Origin: Gammaproteobacteria bacterium
Lineage (GTDB): Bacteria; Pseudomonadota; Gammaproteobacteria; Poriferisulfidales; Poriferisulfidaceae
Assembly: GCA_026713705.1 (NCBI GenBank)
Contig: JAPONY010000059.1
Coordinates: forward strand, 55,670-119,669
Direction of reading: 5' to 3'
DNA length: 64,000 bases
This document shows, piece by piece, positions 47,712 to 56,922 of this stretch (its first letter is position 1; each line of letters opens with the position of its first letter). A program made the position numbers and the translations under genes. A model generated the notes under the pieces. It did not search any database, was not told the DNA's origin, and saw only the letters and a program-made list of their open reading frames with translations.

Positions 47712-48892
47712 TCGCCCGCCTCGCCGCCGTCGCCGTCCTCGCCGCCGCCGTGCTGGCCGCCCCGCCGCTGTCCGCCGCCACGCTCTCCGAGAAGGTATTT
47801 CGCAAGCTCAGCGACATCTACGAGTTGCGCGAGGCGGACAAGAACGCCGAGGCGCTGCGGGAGACCGAAAGCCTGCTGCGCCGCAAGCTCAGCGAGCACG
47901 AGCAGGCCCAGGTCCTGCTGCTCAAGGCCGACCTCCTGATCGGCGAGGAGCGCTACCGCGACGCCATCGCCCCGATGGAGGCCGCGCTCGCCACCGGGGC
48001 GGTCCCGGAGAAGCGCCTCGACCAGATTCGCTACAACCTCGGCCAGCTGTACAGCCAGGTCGGCCGCTACCGCGACGCCATCCGGGTCCTGGAGTCCTGG
48101 ATCCGCGGCGCGAAGAGCGTCCCCTCCAATGCTTATTTCGTGCTGGCCGCCTGCCATCTCGAGGTCAACGCGCTGCGCGCCGCCCGGAACTGGGCGGACA
48201 AGGGCCGTGCCAAGGCGGACAAGCTGTCCTACTCGCAGTACCAGTTTTTGGCTTCCATCTACGTGCAGCAATCCGACTGGGCCGTGCTGCAGAAGCTGCT
48301 GGAGGAGGCGATCCAGAAATACTCCGACAAGGTCGAGTTCTGGCGGCAGCTGGCGCAGGTGCACATGGAGCGCAACCGCGAGTCGCAGGCACTTTCGGTG
48401 ATGCGCGTGGCCCACTCCAACGGGCTGCTGAAGCGCGGCGAAGACCTGGTCCGCCTGGCGCAGCTGATGCGCCTGCAGAATGCGCCCTGGCTGGCTGCGA
48501 ACGTGATGGAGGACGGGCTGCGGCGCAAGGTGATCAAGCCGACCTCGCGCAACTGGCTGCTGCTCGGCAACTCCTGGATGGCGGCACGCGAGTACGAGCG
48601 GGCCTACCCGCCCCTGACCAAGGCCGCCGAAATGACCAAGAAGCCGCGCGACTGGCTGCGCCTGGCGCGCCTGTACGCGCAGAACGCGGGCTGGAGCGGC
48701 TGCCTGAAGAGCGCCGACGCCGGCCTGCGCACCGGCCCCGAGGATCCCGGGCCGTTCCAGCTGCTGCGCGGCATCTGCTCCTACGAGGAGGGAGATTTCA
48801 AGAACGCCCTCGAAGCCTTCGCGAAGGCCCGCAAGAGCAAGAAGTCCGCCGCCGAGGCGAAAGGCTGGATGCAGTTCATCGAGAACCTGTGA
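47708..48892 (+). CDS. TPR-repeat periplasmic protein of the TonB cluster (TtpD-like)
   Basis: ATG 47708 overlaps the tonB stop (ATGA). Signal peptide MIARLAAVAVLAAAVLAAPPLSAA. TPR-rich. Confidence 0.7.
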   Translation: MIARLAAVAVLAAAVLAAPPLSAATLSEKVFRKLSDIYELREADKNAEALRETESLLRRKLSEHEQAQVLLLKADLLIGEERYRDAIAPMEAALATGAVPEKRLDQIRYNLGQLYSQVGRYRDAIRVLESWIRGAKSVPSNAYFVLAACHLEVNALRAARNWADKGRAKADKLSYSQYQFLASIYVQQSDWAVLQKLLEEAIQKYSDKVEFWRQLAQVHMERNRESQALSVMRVAHSNGLLKRGEDLVRLAQLMRLQNAPWLAANVMEDGLRRKVIKPTSRNWLLLGNSWMAAREYERAYPPLTKAAEMTKKPRDWLRLARLYAQNAGWSGCLKSADAGLRTGPEDPGPFQLLRGICSYEEGDFKNALEAFAKARKSKKSAAEAKGWMQFIENL

Positions 48893-49608
48893 CCGCCGAA
48901 GCCAATCAAGACCCGGCCGAACTCGCCCAATTCGACCGCCCGGACCTCGACTGGTGGGACCCGCAGGGCCCGATGCAGGCCCTGCATGCGATCAACCCGG
49001 TCCGTTTCCAATACGTTGAAGAATACTGCCCGCTTGCCGGGCGGACCGTGCTCGACGTCGGCTGCGGCGGCGGCCTGTTGACCGAATCCCTGGCCCGCGC
49101 GGGTGCCAACGCCACCGGCGTCGACCTGTCCGCCACCGCGCTGGAGCAGGCCCGGGCGCACGCCCAGAAGCAGGCGCTCGACATCGAATACCTGGAACAG
49201 GACGCGAACGCACTCGCCGAACAGCGCCCCAAGAGTTTTGACGTCGTGACCTGCATGGAGTTGCTGGAGCACGTCCCGGACTTCCCGGCCCTGCTCGGCG
49301 ACTGCGAACGACTGCTGCGCCCGGGCGGCTCCCTGTTCGTGTCCACGCTCAACCGCACCGTCTCCGCCTTCATGCTGGCCATCGTCGGCGCCGAGCACAT
49401 CGCGGGGATCCTGCCAATCGGCACGCACCGCTACGACCGCTTCATCCGCCCTTCCGAACTGGCGCAGGCGACGCGTGATCTGCGGCTGGAGGTGGAAGAT
49501 ATCCGCGGCATCGCCTACAATCCGCTGACCCGCACCGCCCGGCTCGGCGGCAACCCTCGGGTCAATTACCTGATGCACTTGCGCAAGGCGGCGGAAGCGG
49601 AAGCCTGA
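48889..49608 (+). CDS. ubiG: Bifunctional 2-polyprenyl-6-hydroxyphenol / 3-demethylubiquinol 3-O-methyltransferase
   Basis: 239 aa. VLDVGCGGGLL SAM motif. Its overall sequence is typical of UbiG. GTG start overlapping the upstream stop. Confidence 0.9.
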   Translation: MTAEANQDPAELAQFDRPDLDWWDPQGPMQALHAINPVRFQYVEEYCPLAGRTVLDVGCGGGLLTESLARAGANATGVDLSATALEQARAHAQKQALDIEYLEQDANALAEQRPKSFDVVTCMELLEHVPDFPALLGDCERLLRPGGSLFVSTLNRTVSAFMLAIVGAEHIAGILPIGTHRYDRFIRPSELAQATRDLRLEVEDIRGIAYNPLTRTARLGGNPRVNYLMHLRKAAEAEA

Positions 49609-49652
49609 AGCACGGGCTCTACGAACTCATCGAATCTCCGCCGGCAAAACTC

Positions 49653-50321
49653 ATGTCCCACCCCATCCAAGCCGTGCTCATGGACCTGGACGGAACCCTG
49701 GCCGACACCGCGCGCGACCTCGTCCCCGTCCTCAACGCGCTCTGCCTGGAAGAGGACCGCCCGCCCATCGACTACGATGTCGCCCGCAACTGCGTCTCGC
49801 AGGGTGCCCGGGCGCTGATCCGGCTGGCCTTCGGAGACGGCCTGAGCGACGGCCAGGAAGAGCGCCTGGTCGCGCGGCTGCTGGAGCTGTACGCCGAGAC
49901 CCCCTGCCGCGAGACGGTGCTGTTCGACGGCATGACGGACCTGCTTGAATTCCTCGCCCGAAACGGCACGCCCTGGGGCGTGGTGACCAACAAGACCGGC
50001 AACCTCGCGGGGGCGATCATCGACACCATGGACTTCCCCATCCCACCCGCCTGCCTGGTCAGCGGCGACACCCTGCCGCGCCGCAAGCCTCACCCGGAAC
50101 CCCTGTGGGAGGCCGCCCGCCGCATCGACGTGGACGCCCGCCACTGCCTGTACCTCGGCGACGACCCCCGCGACATGCAGGCGGCCCGCGCCGCGGGCAT
50201 GACCGGCGTGATCGCCGCGTTCGGCTACATCCGCCCGGAGACCGACCTCGCGAGCTGGGAGGGCGATGCCACCATCCAGCACCCCGCTGAACTGAAGGCG
50301 TTCTTCAACTCGTCCTCGTGA
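49653..50321 (+). CDS. HAD-family phosphatase (phosphoglycolate phosphatase / MupP-like)
   Basis: LMDLDGTLADT (HAD motif I) and GDDPRDMQAARAAG (motif IV). It follows ubiG as in Pseudomonas. Confidence 0.8.
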   Translation: MSHPIQAVLMDLDGTLADTARDLVPVLNALCLEEDRPPIDYDVARNCVSQGARALIRLAFGDGLSDGQEERLVARLLELYAETPCRETVLFDGMTDLLEFLARNGTPWGVVTNKTGNLAGAIIDTMDFPIPPACLVSGDTLPRRKPHPEPLWEAARRIDVDARHCLYLGDDPRDMQAARAAGMTGVIAAFGYIRPETDLASWEGDATIQHPAELKAFFNSSS

Positions 50322-51451
50322 ACACCTGGATCTGGGCCCTGATGTTCGTGTGCGGCCTGTCGGTCGGCATCATCGTCGGCCTGTGGGTCTCGCAGCGCCG
50401 CGACCAGCAACACCTCGGCCAGCTCAACCAGACCCTAAAGGAAAGCTTCTCCGCACTCTCGGTCGAGGCCCTGGAACGCAACGCCGACCGCCAGCGCAGC
50501 TCACTCGAGACCACGCTCAAGCCGCTGCAGGAGGCGCTGGAACGCGCACGCAAGCAGATCGACGAGATCGAGAAGGACCGGCACACCGCCTACGGCCGGT
50601 TGTCCCAGCAGTTGCAGGATGCGGTCACCGCGCAGGAACACCTGCGCCGGGAGACCCAGAGCCTGTCTCAGGCGCTGGCCCGCCCGCAGGTGCGCGGCTC
50701 CTACGGAGAGGTCACGCTGCGCCGGATCATCGAACTGGCCGGCATGACCGCGCACGTCGACTTCGTGGAGCAGGAAGCGCAGGCCAGCGGCCGGCGGCCG
50801 GACGTGGTGGTGCACCTGCCGGAGAACCGGGTGCTCCCGATCGACGCCAAGGCCCCCCTGCAGAAGTACTCCGACGCCTACCGCGAATCCGACCCCGAAC
50901 GACAGAAGGCGCTGCTGCGGGAGTTCTCGGCCTCGGTGCGCGCCATGGTCACGGACCTGTCCCGCAAGGAATACTGGGCCGGCTTCGCGAGCGAAAATTC
51001 GCTCGACTTCGTGGTGATGTTCATGCCCGGCGACCAGTTCCTGAATGCCGCGCTGGAGCAGGATCCGGAACTGATGGACGACGCCCTGCAAAAGAAGGTC
51101 CTGCTGGCCACGCCGAGCAGCCTGATGGCGATCCTGCGCGCGGTGGCCTACGGCTGGAACCAGCAGAAGGTCGCGGAGAACGCCGAGAAGATCCGCAGGC
51201 TCGGCTACGAGCTGTGCGAGCGCGTCGCCGTCTTCTCCGAGCACATGGCGGCGCTTGGGAAGTCCCTCGGCGGCAGCGTCGGGCGCTTCAACCAGATGGT
51301 CGGCTCCTGGGAGTCGCGTGTGCTGCCAACCTCCAGCAAGTTCCGCGAACTGGGCGTCGACGCGCACAAGAAAAACGCCGATGTCGAAGAACTGACCCAG
51401 GTCCCCCGCCACGTGACGTCTTCGAAGGACTCCCCCGACGATGCCGCCTGA
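50318..51451 (+). CDS. rmuC: DNA recombination protein RmuC
   Basis: 377 aa. N-terminal transmembrane helix, coiled-coil, and RmuC domain. Confidence 0.85.
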   Translation: MNTWIWALMFVCGLSVGIIVGLWVSQRRDQQHLGQLNQTLKESFSALSVEALERNADRQRSSLETTLKPLQEALERARKQIDEIEKDRHTAYGRLSQQLQDAVTAQEHLRRETQSLSQALARPQVRGSYGEVTLRRIIELAGMTAHVDFVEQEAQASGRRPDVVVHLPENRVLPIDAKAPLQKYSDAYRESDPERQKALLREFSASVRAMVTDLSRKEYWAGFASENSLDFVVMFMPGDQFLNAALEQDPELMDDALQKKVLLATPSSLMAILRAVAYGWNQQKVAENAEKIRRLGYELCERVAVFSEHMAALGKSLGGSVGRFNQMVGSWESRVLPTSSKFRELGVDAHKKNADVEELTQVPRHVTSSKDSPDDAA

Positions 51452-52199
51452 CGCGACCCTTAAATCGAACGGATACGTGCCGTCCTCCGACGCGCTCGCC
51501 GACCGCGTGGTACTGGTCACCGGCGCGAGTTCCGGCATCGGCCGGGCCTGCGCCTGCGCTTGCGCCAAGGTCGGCGCCACGGTCATCCTGCTGGCCCGCG
51601 ACCTCCCCCGGCTGGAACAGACCTATGACCTGATCCGCAAGGCGGGCGGACCGGAGCCCGTCATCCTCCCGCTCGACCTCAACGGCGCGACCTTCGACGA
51701 CTATGAGCAGGTGGCCGAGCGGATCGCCCAGGACTTCGGCCGACTGGACGGGCTGCTGCACAACGCCGGGCTGGTCGGCGGGCTGCGCCCGATGCGCCTG
51801 CTCGAGCCGGCCGACTGGACGCGGCTCGCCCGCGTCAACCTGCTGGCCCCCTGGTTCCTGACCCAGGCCTGCCTGCCCCTGCTGGATAAAGCAGAGGATC
51901 CTGCAATCGCGTTCACGCTCGACGGGCAGTCGCAGCGCCCCTACTGGGGCGCCTACGGCGTGGCCAAGGCGGGGCTTTCGGGACTGGTCGAGATCCTGTC
52001 GCAGGAGCTGGACGGCGACCGCCCGATCCGGGTCAACGGCATCGATCCGGGGACCGTGGAGACACGGTTGCGCCGGCAGAACTACCCTGGCGAGCCCGGC
52101 GGCAAGCACGCGGCCCCTGAAGAGGTCGCCCCCGCCTTCGTTTATTTCCTGGGTTCGGACAGCCGCGGCATCACCGGGCGCACCGTCCTCCTCAGCTAG
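51441..52199 (+). CDS. SDR-family oxidoreductase (YciK-like)
   Basis: VLVTGASSGIGRA Rossmann motif. 252 aa. Confidence 0.8.
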   Translation: MPPDATLKSNGYVPSSDALADRVVLVTGASSGIGRACACACAKVGATVILLARDLPRLEQTYDLIRKAGGPEPVILPLDLNGATFDDYEQVAERIAQDFGRLDGLLHNAGLVGGLRPMRLLEPADWTRLARVNLLAPWFLTQACLPLLDKAEDPAIAFTLDGQSQRPYWGAYGVAKAGLSGLVEILSQELDGDRPIRVNGIDPGTVETRLRRQNYPGEPGGKHAAPEEVAPAFVYFLGSDSRGITGRTVLLS

Positions 52200-52866
52200 A
52201 TTCCGCCGCCTGCCCGTAGACGCAGCGGGACCGCAGGCGGCATTCCCCGCAGCGCGGCTCGCGCGCCAGGCAAACCCGCTTGCCGTGCAGCACGATGCGC
52301 GCGTGGTACTCGTTGTACAACTTTGCGTCGCGCGGCAATTCGCGCTCGAACAGTTGGCGCAACTCCTCGTAGCCAACCCGCGACGACACCAGGCCCATCC
52401 TTGAGAATACCCGCCGGGTGTAGGCATCCACCACGAACACCGGCCGGCCGAGGGCGTACAGAAGAATGTCGTCCGCCGTCTCCGGGCCGACCCCATGCAC
52501 GGACAGCAGTTCGGCCCGCAACTCCTCGGTCTCCCGCCGCTTCAGCCGGTGCAGCGGCCCCTTTTCCCAGTACCACCGGCACAGGGCGCGCAGGCGTTTC
52601 TGTTTGACGTTGTAGTAGCCGGACGAACGGATCAGTTCAGCCAGTTGTTCAGGCGACAGGGCCAGGATCGCCTTGGCGTCGAGGCAACCAGCCTCGCGCA
52701 GGCGGGCGATGGATTTCTCGACGTTGACCCAGGCGGTATTCTGCGTGAGGACCGCGCCGACCATCAGGTCGAAGGCGCTGCGCGCGGGCCACCAGCCGAA
52801 ACGGCTGTTTCTCAGGGGGGTGGAATGCTGCTGGCGCAGCAGGCCGAGAATGTCTAGCAGGCTCAA
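52192..52866 (-). CDS. Endonuclease III-like HhH-GPD base-excision glycosylase with 4Fe-4S cluster
   Basis: TTG start. HhH-GPD motif LLSVHGVGPETADDIL. C-terminal CLAREPRCGECRLRSRC cysteine cluster. Confidence 0.8.
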   Translation of the reverse strand: MSLLDILGLLRQQHSTPLRNSRFGWWPARSAFDLMVGAVLTQNTAWVNVEKSIARLREAGCLDAKAILALSPEQLAELIRSSGYYNVKQKRLRALCRWYWEKGPLHRLKRRETEELRAELLSVHGVGPETADDILLYALGRPVFVVDAYTRRVFSRMGLVSSRVGYEELRQLFERELPRDAKLYNEYHARIVLHGKRVCLAREPRCGECRLRSRCVYGQAAESS

Positions 52867-54261
52867 TTAGTTCAGGGCCTGAACAATTTCCTCGGTCATC
52901 TTCTTGGCGTCCCCGAACAGCATCATGGTCTTGTCGCGGAAGAACAGTTCGTTGTCCACGCCGGCGTAGCCGGAGCCCAGAGAGCGTTTGATGAACAGGG
53001 TCGTCGCCGCCTTCTCGACATCCAGAATCGGCATGCCGTAGATCGGGCTGGTCGGATCCGTCTTCGCCAACGGGTTGGTGACGTCATTGGCACCGATCAC
53101 GAACGCCACGTCGGCGGTCGAGAACTCATGGTTGACTTCTTCGAGCTCGAAGACTTCGTCGTACGGCACCGAGGCTTCCGCCAGGAGCACGTTCATGTGA
53201 CCCGGCATGCGCCCGGCCACCGGGTGGATGGCGTACTTGACGTCGACGCCTTTCTCCTTCAGCAGGTCGGCCATTTCCCGCAGCGCGTGCTGTGCCTGGG
53301 CCACGGCCATGCCGTATCCCGGCACCACGATGACCTTGTTGGCGTTGCTCATGATGAAGGCTGCGTCATCCGCACTGCCCCGCTTGACCGAGCGGCTCTC
53401 GCCGCCCTGCTGTGCAGCGGCCGCCACCGTGTCGCCGCCGAATCCGCCCAACAATACGTTGAAGATGGATCGGTTCATGCCCTTGCACATGATATAGCTC
53501 AGGATGGCACCGGACGAGCCGACTAGGGCGCCGGTAATAATCAGCGCCATGTTGCTCAGGGTGAAGCCGATGCCGCATGCGGCCCAGCCGGAATAGGAGT
53601 TCAGCATGGACACGACGACCGGCATGTCCGCACCACCGATCGGGATGATGATCAAAAAGCCGATCAAGAAAGCCAGGATCACGATCGCCCAGAACGAGGT
53701 CGGGTCCTGCCCGAAGACCAGCGCGACGACCAGCGCGACGATAGCGATGCCGATGATTGCGTTCAGCGGATGCTGCCCGGGGAACACCACCGGGTTGCCG
53801 CTGACCAGGCCCTGCAGCTTGGCAAACGCCACCACGGAGCCGGAGAAGGTAATCGCGCCGACGGCGGCACCGATGCTCATTTCGATCAGTGAGGCCGTGC
53901 CGATGGCGCCGAAGCTGCCGATGCCGTAGGCTTCCGGGTTGTAGAACGCAGCGACCGCCACCAGCACCGCGGCCATACCGACCAGGGAGTGGAAAGCCGC
54001 CACCAACTGCGGCAGCGCCGTCATGTTGATGCGGAACGCCACCAGCGTCCCGATCGAGCCGCCGACGAGGATGCCGGCGAGAATGATTTCGTAACTGATC
54101 ACCTCTGGGTCCAGCAATGTGGTGACCACGGCGATGACCATGCCGATGATGCCCATCACGTTGCCCTGACGCGCCGAGGTCGGCGACGACAGCCCGCGCA
54201 ACGCCATGATGAAACACACGGCGGCGACTAAGTAAGCGAATCCGGTCCAGCTTGCGCTCAT
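52867..54261 (-). CDS. pntB: NAD(P) transhydrogenase subunit beta
   Basis: 464 aa. Polytopic N-terminal domain plus C-terminal NADP(H)-binding domain. Confidence 0.95.
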   Translation of the reverse strand: MSASWTGFAYLVAAVCFIMALRGLSSPTSARQGNVMGIIGMVIAVVTTLLDPEVISYEIILAGILVGGSIGTLVAFRINMTALPQLVAAFHSLVGMAAVLVAVAAFYNPEAYGIGSFGAIGTASLIEMSIGAAVGAITFSGSVVAFAKLQGLVSGNPVVFPGQHPLNAIIGIAIVALVVALVFGQDPTSFWAIVILAFLIGFLIIIPIGGADMPVVVSMLNSYSGWAACGIGFTLSNMALIITGALVGSSGAILSYIMCKGMNRSIFNVLLGGFGGDTVAAAAQQGGESRSVKRGSADDAAFIMSNANKVIVVPGYGMAVAQAQHALREMADLLKEKGVDVKYAIHPVAGRMPGHMNVLLAEASVPYDEVFELEEVNHEFSTADVAFVIGANDVTNPLAKTDPTSPIYGMPILDVEKAATTLFIKRSLGSGYAGVDNELFFRDKTMMLFGDAKKMTEEIVQALN

Positions 54262-54279
54262 GTCTTTATCCTCGCCCGC

Positions 54280-54675
54280 TTATTTCTTCTTCTTGAACAT
54301 GGCCAGCATCCGCTGGGTCACCAGGAACCCGCCGAAGATGTTGACCGAGGCCAGCGTGACGGCCAAAAAGCCCATCAGGCTGGAGAAATCCACGTCTGCC
54401 AGTTCGGCTGCCGGGCCCGCGGCCAGCAGGCCGCCGACGATGATGACCGAAGAGATGGCGTTGGTGACCGCCAGCAGCGGCGAATGCAGTGCCGGAGTCA
54501 CGCTCCACACCACATAGAAGCCGACGAAGCAGGCCAACACGAAAACGCTGAACAGGTTCAGGAACGAGGTTCCCCCGGCCGCGGCATCTCCCGCACCGGC
54601 TACGGACATCGCGAAGCTCGCGACTTCCGAGACCTGAATCAGGCCCTGGGTGAATACGGTGGCGTCGAGCATCAT
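54280..54675 (-). CDS. pntAB: NAD(P) transhydrogenase subunit alpha part 2 (membrane)
   Basis: 131 aa and hydrophobic. ATGA overlap with the pntAA stop. Confidence 0.85.
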   Translation of the reverse strand: MMLDATVFTQGLIQVSEVASFAMSVAGAGDAAAGGTSFLNLFSVFVLACFVGFYVVWSVTPALHSPLLAVTNAISSVIIVGGLLAAGPAAELADVDFSSLMGFLAVTLASVNIFGGFLVTQRMLAMFKKKK

Positions 54676-55868
54676 GACATCAACTCCTTGATCCGGGCAT
54701 TGACGACCTCGCCATCGCGCGTCAGCACGGTTTCGGCGACCGTCTCATCCTCCCAGTCGAGGTTGAGGGCGCCGTTCTCCGCGTCGATCTGCGGGGTCAG
54801 GAAATTAAGAATGTTCTTGGCAAACAGGTTGCTCGCGTCGCGGGCGAGCCGTGCCGGCATGTTGTCGTAACCGATGATGCGCACGCCCTGGTGCTCGGCG
54901 ACCACGCCGCGTTCGGCGCATTCGCAGTTGCCGCCGGTCTCGACCGCCAGGTCGACAACCACCGAACCCGGCTTCATCGACTCGACCATCTCGCGGGTCA
55001 CCAGGATCGGTGCCGGACGGCCCGGGATGAGCGCGGTGGTGATGATGATGTCCTGGTCCTTGACGTGATTGGCGAGGACTTCACGTTCCTTCTGCTTGTA
55101 CTCTTCGGTCATCTCCTTGGCGTAGCCGCCGGAGGTCTCGGCGTCCTTCATCGCTTCCTCGTCCACGATCAGGAACTTGCCGCCCAGGCTTTCGACCTGC
55201 TCGCGGGTCGCGGGTCGCACGTCGTAGGCGGTGACTACCGCGCCGAGGCGCTTGGCGGTGGCGATGGCTTGAAGTCCGGCCACGCCGACACCCATCACGA
55301 ACACGCGGGCGGGCGCTACGGTTCCGGCCGCAGTCATCATCATCGGGAAAGCACTGACGTGCTCGGTGGCGGCATCCACGACCGCCTTGTAGCCGGCCAG
55401 GTTGCTCTGCGAGGAGAGCACGTCCATGGACTGCGCGCGGCTGATGCGCGGCATCAGGTCCATGGCAAAGGTGGTGAGCTTGCGCGCGTTGTAGCTTTGC
55501 GCGGAGTCGGGGCTGGAGAGGGTCGCCAGGTGGCCGACCAAGGTCGCGCCTTCCTTCATCAGGGCGATCTCGTCCGTCCCTTCCTCGGCCGTCATCGGCC
55601 GCTGGATCTTGAAGACCAGGTCCGCGTCGCCGAGAGTGGCGGCGGCGTCCGGTGCGACGCTGGCGCCGGCTTCCTGGTATTGTTCGTCGGTCACGCAGGA
55701 ACCGGTTCCGCAACCGGCCTCCACCACGACCTCAATCCCCATGCCGGTCAATTTCTTGATGGCCTCTGGGGAAATCGCCACCCGGTTCTCACCTGGGCGG
55801 ATTTCTTTCGGAATCCCGATTTTCATGCTGGGAGATTTTGGTGGTTGTTCGATGTTTCGGTCAATCAA
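54672..55868 (-). CDS. pntAA: NAD(P) transhydrogenase subunit alpha part 1
   Basis: 398 aa. [21 protein letters not shown] is the alanine-dehydrogenase-like dI domain. Confidence 0.95.
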   Translation of the reverse strand: MIDRNIEQPPKSPSMKIGIPKEIRPGENRVAISPEAIKKLTGMGIEVVVEAGCGTGSCVTDEQYQEAGASVAPDAAATLGDADLVFKIQRPMTAEEGTDEIALMKEGATLVGHLATLSSPDSAQSYNARKLTTFAMDLMPRISRAQSMDVLSSQSNLAGYKAVVDAATEHVSAFPMMMTAAGTVAPARVFVMGVGVAGLQAIATAKRLGAVVTAYDVRPATREQVESLGGKFLIVDEEAMKDAETSGGYAKEMTEEYKQKEREVLANHVKDQDIIITTALIPGRPAPILVTREMVESMKPGSVVVDLAVETGGNCECAERGVVAEHQGVRIIGYDNMPARLARDASNLFAKNILNFLTPQIDAENGALNLDWEDETVAETVLTRDGEVVNARIKELMS

Positions 55869-55907
55869 AAAACGCAGCCCAGGACGGGGTGCGTTTTCGA
55901 CGGCGCA

Positions 55908-56906
55908 TTATACCCTACTCGGTTTTCGGGCATCCCGCCTGTCGCGCTGCCGAAGCGAAGGAATCCGCCTCATGCCGTGCAGCTTTGGCCCGGCGAATGC
56001 AAGCCGCTTTTTCATGACCCGAATTGCGGCGGGATGACTGTCGATGAGCACCGCGCTGCGCCCGGCTCGCACCGCGGCTTCCCCGGTCGTCCCGCTGCCC
56101 GCGAAGAAGTCGAGCACCCGGTCCCCGGGGTTGGAGTGAACCTTCACGATCCGGTCCAGGATCGCCCGCGGCTTCTGCGTCGGGTAGCCCGTCTTCTCTT
56201 TTCCGGTCGGGCTGACCACCGTCTGCCACCAGGTGTCGGTCGGCGTCTTGCCCCGGGCGGCCTTCTTCGGCCCCACCAGAGCGGGAGCCATGTAGGGAAT
56301 CCGGTCGATGTCGTCGTAGCGGTACGTGTAGTCCTTGGGATCCTTCGCGTACCAGAGGATGTTGTCGTGTTTGGGCGACCAGCGTTTCCGGGACCTTCCC
56401 CCGTAGTCGTACGCCCAGACGATCTCGTTGATGAAGCACTCCCGGCCGAAGATCTGGTCCAGCAGAACCTTGCAGTAGTGCACCTCCCGGTAGTCGACGT
56501 GGAGGAACAGCGAGCCTGCCGGATGCAGGAGCCGGTATGCCTCCTGAAGCCTCGGCCCGAGGAATTCGAGGTAGTCGGAGAAGGTGTCCTTGAATTCCAG
56601 GCTGCCGAGCCGGGTGGTCCGGTACCGTTTGCCCTGGAAGCCGGTGCGGTCGCCATCAGCGTCCCGGATCGTCTTCAATTGCGCCCGCGACTGGGTCTTG
56701 CCGGTATTGAACGGCGGGGCGATGTAGACCAGGTGGAACGTCTCTTCTTCGAATCTGCGCAGGATGGAAAGGTTGTCCCCGAAGTGGATGTCCAGCGATG
56801 GTGCGGGCGGAGCCCCGGAGTTCCGAGCGGAATTCACGGCAAAGGGTGGGTGCGGATTTTCTGTTTCATCCCAGGACGGTGCGGCAGAGCCCAAGCCCCA
56901 CCCCAT
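55908..56906 (-). CDS. Orphan beta-class N6-adenine/N4-cytosine DNA methyltransferase (YhdJ-like)
   Basis: Motif IV YIAPPFNTG then motif I LDFFAGSGTT. Host-like GC. Start set at MGWG (56906). The track's start at 57098 gives an implausible N-terminus and overlaps glgX. Confidence 0.65.
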   Translation of the reverse strand: MGWGLGSAAPSWDETENPHPPFAVNSARNSGAPPAPSLDIHFGDNLSILRRFEEETFHLVYIAPPFNTGKTQSRAQLKTIRDADGDRTGFQGKRYRTTRLGSLEFKDTFSDYLEFLGPRLQEAYRLLHPAGSLFLHVDYREVHYCKVLLDQIFGRECFINEIVWAYDYGGRSRKRWSPKHDNILWYAKDPKDYTYRYDDIDRIPYMAPALVGPKKAARGKTPTDTWWQTVVSPTGKEKTGYPTQKPRAILDRIVKVHSNPGDRVLDFFAGSGTTGEAAVRAGRSAVLIDSHPAAIRVMKKRLAFAGPKLHGMRRIPSLRQRDRRDARKPSRV

Positions 56907-56922
56907 TCTACGGAACCGGCAT

